Part shown: positions 51,901 to 62,800 of the stretch, one piece after another | Position numbering within the stretch: the first letter of the stretch is position 1 | Layout: every line of letters starts with the position of its first letter | NCBI GenBank assembly: GCA_965153285.1 | Contig: OZ229110.1 | Reading direction: 5' to 3' (one strand) | Length of the DNA stretch: 64,000 nucleotides | Source of the DNA: Podarcis tiliguerta | Lineage: Eukaryota | Program-made: the position numbers and the translations under genes | The notes under the pieces: model-generated | The model's input: the letters and a program-made list of their open reading frames with translations, nothing else | Databases searched by the model: none | What the model was told of the DNA's origin: nothing

Positions 51901-54900
51901 TTCATGCTGTATGAGCACCACTGTTTTGGGAGGTATGAGGAGCTGTCATGTGACCATGCACTTGGTCACAATCAACTCTCTTGTTATAGATCTTATTTGT
52001 GCTATTGATCTCACTGAAAATGGATGGGGATCTTGATGTTACTGGATTCAAAGTCTCATTATCCCTGACCACTGGTGGTTGGAACTGGTGGGAACTGGAA
52101 TCCAACAACTTTGGGTAGGCTACAGGTTGCCTACCCGTGCCACAGAGGCATATATGGAGAAATCTCAAGTCCATTCCAAATGTTCTTGTTTGCCTCACTT
52201 TTCTAAAACATAGCAAGCTGGCTTATACCAAGGCAGACTATGGGTCTATCTATCTCACTCTTGTCCTTGTTGACTGCTAATGACTCCTCAGGGTTTCATA
52301 TAGGAGTCTTCCCTGGGGCTATCTGGAGTTGCTAAGGATTAAACATGGGACCTTTTGCATGCACACCATGTGCTCTACCATTGAGAAACAGCTTCTCCCC
52401 CTAACACCCCATTTTGCCTCCAGATGGGTTTTCCTCTTCCAGTAGGACAAGAACCCTTGGTAGTGGAGATGGTGTCTTTCTAAGAGTATGACACTTGTAG
52501 AATATTTTTTCTCTGGTTTCCCTCTAGACCAATGAAACTTGGATGTTTAACAACTGCACTGTGGCAACTTGTGAAGGAAACAACAAAATAGTTCTGAAGC
52601 CGCAACCACCTGTAGAGAAGACAGTATGTGTGAGTGGACTCCCACCGATAAAAATAGTAGATAAGGATGGCTGTGTCGAACGCTATGAATGTGAATGTAA
52701 GTATAACTGAGCATTCAGAAAAAGTACATATATCTTTATGATATGGAATGAGAGAGTAAGATATTTAACTTACAGGACTGTATCATACAAAGCTCAGGAG
52801 GTGTAATGTCATGCAGTTGCAATTCCATTTATTGAGGGAGGTGAGACTTTTGAGGGTCTTTCAGGGATGGCTATGGATTTGCAGAAGCCTAAACCTCTTG
52901 TTTCTCTAGCATACTCCTAAAAAGGTCAATGGGTGGCTTTTAATATTTCAGTGGAAAGGAGTAAGGGAGAAAATGCTGTGGTTCAACCAATTCCTGCCCT
53001 GGCTATCACTAGTCATCAGGACTCTGGCTATGGCAGTTGTTTCACCACAAAATCTGCACCATCAACATTGCTCTCCTAGAATTCTCTTATTATTCCCACT
53101 TTCTAATTGGTGTACCAAACTAGGACCTAGCCCATCAAAGTTAATACAAGCAACAGCATAATAACCAATGATTTCACAGTGTATATTTACTTTGGTTACT
53201 CTGGTTTGCTCAAGACTATACTCCAGGTGAACCTTATTTGATCTTTTGATTTCTGTTACAGGTATTTGCACTGGTTGGGATGCTAACTATCTGACATTTG
53301 ATGGAACTTATTACACTTTCTATGACAACTGCACTTACATCTTGGTGAAAGAGATTGTGAATATACATGGAAACCTCAGTGTTTTGCTTGACAATTATTT
53401 CTGTGATGTCACTAACAATCAGCCCTGTTCCAGAGCCATCATTGTAAATTACAACTCAATGGAAGTTGTGCTAAGCAGCGAAGTGCATGAAGGAGTGAGA
53501 ATTAACAAGGTACTGTGTGCCACAGATTTCTCAAACTGTGTCAGCTTCCTACAATAATTATTTTTTACCAAAACAAAAATGTCAAAATGACATTTATAAA
53601 CCAGCTAATGGGTTGTAAAATTTACATAACAATCATGGCAAAGTGCCTGTTTGAGGAATGCTACTTAATCCCATGGTGTAGATTATGTTTAGGATTGAGA
53701 TGCTATTCCTCAAACTGTGCATCTCTATAATGACTACTCAGAAGAAAGCCCCCACTGAGTTTAATGCACTTTACTTCCAGTTAATGGTTATAGAATCAAT
53801 GACATACGCGCGCACACACACACATATATACATGTGTGTGTGTGTATGTTTTCAGTTAAAAACTATGGCTTACTGTTTTTAATTAAATACAATAACACAG
53901 TAAAATAATCATTGCAGTATTAAAAGTAGTATAAAAACAGGCAGCTAGGAAATATCAGCATGGCCAGGACTGATTGCCCTCAAGTGCTCTGGAAGACTCT
54001 GAATCCTCCAGATTTATATTCTTTTGCCTCTTTTGTGCTGCTGTTTCAGATTTTTTTCAACCATGAGCTGGTCAATGGAGATTTCACCAAATATGGTATT
54101 TCTGTCACCAGTACTGGAACTGTCATGAGTGTCGAAATCCCTGCACTCCAAGCTTTTATATCTTTCAACGGGCTCACTTTCTCAGTAAAACTCCCCTTTG
54201 ACCTATTTCAGCATAACACAGAGGGGCAATGTGGTAAGTAAAGGGATCAAAACATCCCCAACCATTCAAATCCTTTTTCACAATGGTATTCCTTCAAAAC
54301 AAATTTCTTTACATAGGAAGATGTGGAGCATTAGAAAAGCAATAAAGAAAAATTAACCATTGGGGGGAGGGGCCACAGCTCCATGGCCGAACACATGTGT
54401 GTGGTGTTAGACCATCCCAGGTCCAGTTCCTGGTATCTACATCTGAAAGTTCTTGGGATGAAGAAAGAACTGCTGCCCATCAGAGTAGACCTAATTGGGC
54501 TTGGTGGACCTATGGTTTGACCAGGCTTCCTCAACCTCGGCCCTCCAGATGTTTTTGGCGTACAACTCCCATGATCCCTAGCTAGCAGGACCAGTGGTCA
54601 GGGGTGATGAGAATTGTAGTCTCAAAACATCTGGAGAGCTGAGGTTGAGGAAGCCTGGGTTTGACTAATATATCCATACTGAAGAGTAGGAAACAGAATA
54701 TGCATACAAGGTACACTTTATGATAGCAACAATGGCTTTTTCAATTAGGAAGTCCGCTTCGTTATTTCAATGTCATTCAGAGTGACACTAATGTATACTG
54801 CATATTCAGCACACTTACGATGCGACCCTTTCTCCCTCCTAGGGGTATGTTCAAATGACAAGACAGATGACTGCCGCCTCCCCAACGGCCATGAAGCTTC

Positions 54901-55421
54901 CTCTTGCTCAGAAATGGCCAGCTACTGGAAGACCTACGATAAAAACAAGCCCCATTGCTATGGAGTGCCAACAACATCACCTCCAACAACAACTCCGCAT
55001 GAGCCAAGAACGACAACACCAGCACCAACACCCTGCACCACTCCATCTCCTCTGTGTGAGCTGATTGTGAGCGAGTAAGTTCAACACAGTCTTTACAAAT
55101 GCTTCAGCTGTTAGATCCTGCAGAGCAAGCTATCGCTTTGACAACTTTATTTTTTTAAAAAAACCCACTTCTGATGAACACATAGGAACATAAAATCATC
55201 ACCAAGACATTGTGCACATGACCTCATCTGTCCAGCTTGTGGGCAGGACATAAGCCATGGGTTGACCACAGGACTAGAAAGATAAAGCTTTGGTCTGCTC
55301 CAGCAGAGCTTTTCACTTTATATTCTTATGTTTTTATCTACTGCTAGGACATCAGGAATGTTTTCTAGGGATAGATAACACCCTTTTCCTTTATTATTCT
55401 TATATTTCACAGATAATATAA

Positions 55422-55469
<48 letters not shown>

Positions 55470-58400
55470 TTTTATTTGTACCCCGCCCTCCCCAGCCAGA
55501 GCCAGGCTCAGGGTGGCTAACATCATAAAACTAACACAGTATACAAAGAACATAAGATCCATCCAACAATAAGCATGGCATTGTTTTAGTATCTTCAAGG
55601 CATCTCGGCTACCTTACATACCATAAAGAGCTGTAACATTGCAACACTGTAGGATTTTTACTTCCATAGTAATACAAAGCTGATCTTTCTAGAATTGATA
55701 TCATTGTGAAATGTACTGTACATATTTGCTAAGAATATTATCCTTTCAGTCACAGTTTCATACTGAAAATGGGGTGGCAAGGGGACATTGCAATATTTAT
55801 GAGCCATAGTTCAACCATGTATTCTTTTGTATTTGAAGTGTCTTTGAAGAATGCCATAAGGTTCTGCCTCCCAGAATATACTATGAAGACTGCCTCCTTG
55901 AAGCCTGTCAGTCTTCCAATGATTCTGTGCCTTGCTACAATTTGGAGATATATGCTTCCCTCTGCATAGCTAAAGGGGTTTGTACTGACTGGAGGAACAT
56001 GACGCTAGGAAAATGCCGTAAGTGGAAGACAACGTATTTTCGCTTATCCTAAAGTGAGCAGCAATTTATCGTAGAGCAATAATAGCTGAGTGAACCAATC
56101 AATCAACCATTCAAAACGGTGTCAGCAGATGAATAGTAATCAATGCAAACTGAACAATAGCATGTTCTAACTTCAGTTGCATGTTTGTTTCCCTCAGTCT
56201 TTGTCTTTTTTTCACAAGAATTAAGATTTCAGCTTCTGCACTTCATAGTGGATTGAATCCAGAAGGGAAGGGAAGTTGACTTTTGCTAATTGCTCCATCT
56301 CCCTGAAGCCCATTGCAACCTCTGAAACTGCTCCAGAGGGTTGGAGGATCCTCCAGATCAACATGGGAGGTGGCACTGCAAGAGGATGGGGGAATTGGCA
56401 AACGTTGCCTCCTTCTCTTTCCACCAACAGGTTTTCTCCACTGGATTAGAATCCATCTGTGGATGTCTGTCTTGAATCCATGGTCTCAGCTATGGATATT
56501 TCCATTTGTCGGTCAGGATTGAGCATGCACTGGGGCTTACAACAGTCCTCTGGGTGTGGGTGTGCCTTGCCTTGGCAAACGCCACTCCTTCATTCAATCT
56601 GATGCCAACCATAGATGCTTTATGTGATTTTTTTAAAAAGCTAATGGGAAAAACATAATATGACAACATGTAATACATAGTTCTGCCTCATGTTGGAGTC
56701 AATCTGCTTTTTAATGACACATTTTATTCTCTTATATACAGCATACAACTGCCCCAAAGATAAGGTGTACAATGCATGTGGCCCCATTCACCCTGTCACC
56801 TGTGATGATGGGTATGTATTAACTAAATAATTAGCTCTCTGAATGCTAATGGCTGCACTTTTGTATCTTTGAATAAGAGACAAATATGAAATACGTATAT
56901 GACTTGCTAGAAAATGGTGAATGTATAAAGGTCATATCAAGATCTTTATATGAAGATCTTTAATTAGTTAGTATCGTCCCAAGTATGGCAGCAGCGGATA
57001 GTTGATGTGTTAATTATTAGGGGAATGTTGCATTAATTAATAGGATTTGTTTTAAAAAATGCATTCTTACCTATTTATATGGTCAGTAATTCCATGTCAA
57101 TTCCTCCCCAAATAATTATGATTGCCAGCTTCAGGTTTTTAACCCTGGTTAAACTGCATTCTTTGCTGGTAGATACTTTAAACCTGCCAGAGCCTGAGCA
57201 GTTCCCACCACAGAGGTCCCTGCCTTGGTCTTTCAACTCTACTCATTTTACAAGGATGTTTCAAGATCCAGTCAGTCCTCCAGGGCACCATAAACTTTTT
57301 CAGGTTCTTCGGGCCCTATCCCTATGGCTAATCCAGGGCATGGTAATTCTAATGTTTGGTGCTAAACACGTGTACCCTGGAATCACATACTTGCTTGTAC
57401 TCTGCACAAATTAATGAGGCAAGAGTACAAATACTGTATAGGCCACATAAATGGATTAGCATACTTACCTGATACCATAAATCATGGTAATGTTGAATAG
57501 TTATTCTAGCTTTAACTCTCTCTATTCAGCTTGGTTACCTTAAGTCAAGGGTGTTAAAAGGTGGGGTCCGTCCCAAATTAAGTAAAGCAGAGCAGGTGAA
57601 AAGAGTTTAAAGCCAGGATAACTATTCCGCATTACCTTGTTCTTAGCTCAAAAAAGGGATTCTGTTTCAACCCTGATCCCATGCATAGTGCAATTGGATA
57701 GCATTGTACAGTGGTACCTCGGGTTAAGTTCTTAATTCGTTCTGGAGGTCCATTCTTAACCTGAAACCGTTCTTAACCTGAAGCACCACTTTAGCTAATG
57801 GGGCCTCCTGCTGCTGCTGCGCCACCGGAGCACGATTTCTGTTCTTATCCTTAACCCGAGTTACTATTTCTGGGTTAGCGGAGTCTGTAACCTGAAACGT
57901 ATGTAACCTGAAGTACCACTGTAAATAGATTAAGAAAGATCCTTTCAAAGATTTCTTCCTTCTAGTGTAGTGTTTGCAGCTTGAGCACAGTGGCCTGGCA
58001 GACTAGCTTTCACAGGTTTAAATTGGGGGTGGAGAAGTGACAGCCCATAGGCCAGATTCAGCCTACAGCACTTTTGACCTGAGTGGTTCAGAGTGCGCTG
58101 TTAATCTGCAACCATATGCACACTTACTTGAGAGTAAGTGCCATTGACCTGAAAAACTTATTTCTGAGTAGACATGCAAATTATTGTGCTGACCGGATTC
58201 CCAACACACAATTCTTACTCTTAACATAAACTGTTGCAATTAACCTGTTGTCTCTTATTATGCCATCTATAGTGAATGGCTCCAGTATTTATTTACTTCT
58301 TAGGAAAGCGCCAATTTTCTTTTGCATTTAAATACTGTAATCCCTTAGAAAAATAGTGTTTTTACGAAGGTGAGCATTGAAGCTATTAAACTGTTTGATT

Positions 58401-59832
58401 ACAGAACTGGAAATAATATTATCTGCTCTTCTTTTCCTTGCAGACCAACCAAAGATACAAGTGAGCATGTTGCTGAAGGATGCTTCTGCCCAGAGGACAA
58501 AATCCTCTTCAATACATACACGGATATCTGTGTCAAAACATGTGGTAAGTTTCTCTATTCCTGATCGGCTAATTATGTCAATTTAAACCAAAAGCAGATG
58601 CATAATTAAAGGTATTGGAGTTCATCAGCAAATGATTGGCCCTTTACTTGCCAAATTACCAGGAAGGTCAACTCAATTCTATGTTAAACATTTGCTGGGA
58701 GATAAAATCCCACAAGTTTTAAAGACAGCAGTCAAATTTCTGTTGGTGGCTGTGACAATAAGAAGTCAGTTAACCACCCAAAGCTGGAAGGATTATTTCC
58801 AGGGGCTTACCTGAAGCTATTTGCTATTTTGTCTATTTGCTAGTTTCTATTTTCTAAGCTGCTGTTACTATGCTATGCTTGTCCTGTATGTTTTATTTCT
58901 GGTCTGTTGCCCCTAATAAACAGCTTATGAAGCTCATTAGAGGTGGTATGTGGAAGGGCAATCCTCTACTTATCTGCTCAGAGGTGTGTGCATGTGTATA
59001 ATTAGGGCTTAAATAACACAAGGGTAACTTTAGCTTTTTCTAACATTTGCATGTCTTTCTGTAATTTCAATTTATGTCTGTAAACTCAAAATGAGCAGCT
59101 GACCTGCAGGGGGCATGCCACAAGTGGTGAAGAATAGCAGGATGCTATGGCATCCTCAGCATCCATTTCCTTCTGTGGTTACACATAAATGCTCCGTTCC
59201 ATGTGATGAAATTAAGTTTTACTACTATGTGGTTAATACAGTATTGTTATGCCTGTATTTTTATTATACTGCATGGAGGTATGTTTTTAAAGAACAACCC
59301 AGGAAGAATCCTGTAAAAATTCAGCATGTGGTGAAATTCTCTGTATAAACTGGTTACTTAGCTGGAAAAAGCTGCATAATAATGGCTACAGGAAACTTGT
59401 GTTAAAGTTAAGGCAGTTTACATGTTTATGGAATATAAGGGATCTGTATGAATTCTTATGCCTTTATTTATTTCCAGGCTGCGTGGGACCAGACGGATTG
59501 CCCAAACCAGTGAGTATTTCACTTGGAAAGATTATGCCTAGACCGTTGCCTATACACAGGCAACATAGAGAATCATCCAGAACTGACAAGGGACTAATAA
59601 TTGGACCCACTATGACTGCAATACCCTGCACCCCTGCACATACATTCACAAGGCGGCAAACTGTTATTATTAGTGCTAAACATCTGCTTTACCAGACAAG
59701 GGCATCATTTTATATTGTAGTAGGAGTCGGAGATCATTTCAGATTTTAGGAGGGAGGGTAAAGTCATGTGGGGAGGGAGAGAATTCACAATATTTTATTT
59801 TATTTTGTTTAGTTTCTTGTTATTGTTATACA

Positions 59833-59877
<45 letters not shown>

Positions 59878-62800
59878 GGAGAACAACCAAAAGAAAGCAA
59901 TAGAAGTCATTGAAACTTTTCTTTGTAGCAAAAAGATTTGTAGTTTTGGTATGCATAACTGGCATGTACCAGTAGATCCAGATAATTATTATCAACATGC
60001 AGAAATAGTGAGCTGGTCAGAAACATAGAAGTGCTTCTGAAGGAGAAGCAGACATAGTCTGAAATACCAGCCTCTCCTGGGCTCTATAGCTGTGAGATGG
60101 ATTCTCCAGCACACTTTCCAGCCCCCTTTGGATTGAGAGGTACACCAGTTGTCCCCTGAAGCCTTTGAAACATCAGATTAGACACACTAATATTAATGGG
60201 CCAAACTTAGTCATGTCCATCAATTTCAATGGGTCTATTCTGAGTAGGACTAACATCTAATGCAACACTTTGTGATCTCAAAGAAAGACTTTGCATGGAA
60301 GTGATGGAAATTAAAATAGCAGCTGGTAGAGGTTGTGGTCTCCATCATAAGTACTTTGCTTGGGTTTCAGAAGAAGACCAAGAAGACTTTCAGAGGACTC
60401 AGAAGGCCATGCCGAAGGCACATATAGAACCAATGCTATATATGTGCATCTCCCTGAAACAGCCTAGAAGGAAATTTAACCTGGTTCAGCATAACTTTCT
60501 GCATCTTATAATTTAAGGAAGTCTTTTTATAGCCATTTGTGGGGTGGTGGAAACAATCCTTAAGAAGCACCTTCAAGTTGTATTGTATGGCTCTGGTCCA
60601 AAGCTTATTGCACAGTTACCGTAAGTTTGATATTACAGGAAACTTAAGATCAACTAGGTGCCCCTTCTAAAGAAAGCTTAAGGTCTAATAATTGACAAGT
60701 AAGCAGATGATGATAGGTTTCATTGCTGCCATACAGTGTTAACTGATTTGCTTTCTTTTTCATATAGCCTGGCTCCTCATGGAAGAGCAACTGTCAAGAG
60801 TGTATTTGTGACCCATTGACTGAGAGCGTCCAGTGCAAGCCACAGACCTGTGTGTCATCGGAACCACCCAAATGTGAGAAAGAAGGGTTTGTGCCTGTCC
60901 CTGTGCTGACACCAAAAGACCCGTGCTGTCCAGAACTTCAATGCAGTACGTATTTGCATGTATTATTTATTGATAGCCAATGCCAATCAATCCAATTCTG
61001 CCCTCTGTTGATGAAACAATTTGTGCTATTATGGTTACTGTTGCTTTGGTTGAGGGGGAAACACAGACATCTAGACAGCATTACATGTTGGCAGGTAATA
61101 TCAGTTGCACAATTCTATCCCAACTTAATTATCTCTATAGTAAATAACCACACAGAGCAATCTGTAAAAAATACCAAAAAAAACCACCATTTTCTCTTGT
61201 CATATGGGGACTGACAGGCAGATAAAGAGTTAAATCTCTGGGTTTGGATGCTTTGCTTTGCTCACCGTATGGTCAAAAGAGCTTTACTACAATTAACCTG
61301 CAATCCTACATACATAAACTTGGCAGTATGTCCTTCAACCTTAGTAGGAATTTTTGACAGAAATCTGCTTAGGACTGGAGGACTTGTCAGAAACAGGAGA
61401 TTTGCTAGTCTCCTTTCCCTCCTTTACAATATGATCTGAAGGCAAGCTAAGTCAATTCTGAAATGTATTTATTTATTTAATGCATTTTTAGTCCACCTGT
61501 TAGCCAGAAAAAGGCTTGCAGCAAAACTTACAATGATCAGTAATAAGACAGTCCCTGCCCTAGGTCTTGACATATAACAGACCTGGCATGAGAGGGAAAG
61601 GAAGCGGTGGGCGGGGGGGGGGGGGAGGCATACTCAGACCTTGGATCTTACTGTTCTTTTTAGCCTGGAGGGGTGAAACAAGCTTATTGTGGATCGTGGA
61701 TGGGTGGGGATTGGCTGGTTCTTCCACTTGCCACGATGGCCAGCTTGGGAGGCAAGGGGAGTAAACTTCTAGCAGCTTTTAATGCCCTGGAGTATGCTGT
61801 CCTTCAGCTCTACAATACTAGCGTGTGACGTGTTGGGCGGTGAGTGGGTATGTATGTGTCAAACCTCCTTCAGCTGTTTTTTCTCTGGCTGATGGAGGGA
61901 GCCATGCTGGTCTTCCTCGTGCATACCTACCCCACCCCAGTACACTTTCACCCACCAGTCATGATACTGAATAGGATTATTGTCCTAGCACCACAGGAAT
62001 ATTTGCTGGTCTAAACATTTAAGGCTGGGGTGCTAGACTTGCTTCTTCAGCTCTGTTATGTTTTCTGATTATTCCACAGAATGCAATACTACTACCTGCT
62101 CCAACGAAAAGAAACCTTGTGAACTTGGATACGAGGCAACCCCAGTCCTGCTTGAAGGAGACTGCTGTGTCAGCTTTCCCTGTAGTAAGTGCTAGCATTC
62201 TGACATGTGGAGAGAGAAAGTAGATGAGAGAGATTAAAACATCAAGCTAGGCTGAACCCAGACATAATTTACGTACAGTGGAAGCATTCTACACTCCCCT
62301 CCTTAAAACAAACAAACAAAAATGTTGCCATTAAAACATTTTAGAAACTGAAGACACATTCTGGAGTGCAGCGTCAAACAGTATAAACTACACTTCAAAG
62401 CCACCTTGGACTAGTGTCAGACTAAAAGCTGGAGAAACTCATCTTCAAAATTCCACTAGGCCGCAAAGCTCATTGAGTAACTTCGGGCCAGTCACTGTGT
62501 ACACAAAATACCTTTAAAGCACATTATTTCCTCCAAAAGAATTCTGGCCACTGTAGTTTACCCCTCACAGTTAAAATTCCTGGCAACCTTTAACAAACCA
62601 CAGTGCCTAACATTCCCTGAGGGAAAGAACATGTTTCAAATGTTCTTTACAGTTTTATCTCTCACCTGAATCCATTTCACAGGATTGTTGTGATGGTAAA
62701 AGTGTGTGTGTGTCTGTGTGTGTGTGGTGGGAGGGACTTATACACATTGCCTTAAGCAATAAATAAATACACACGCAAAGTGTTCATGTATCTCCTTTCA

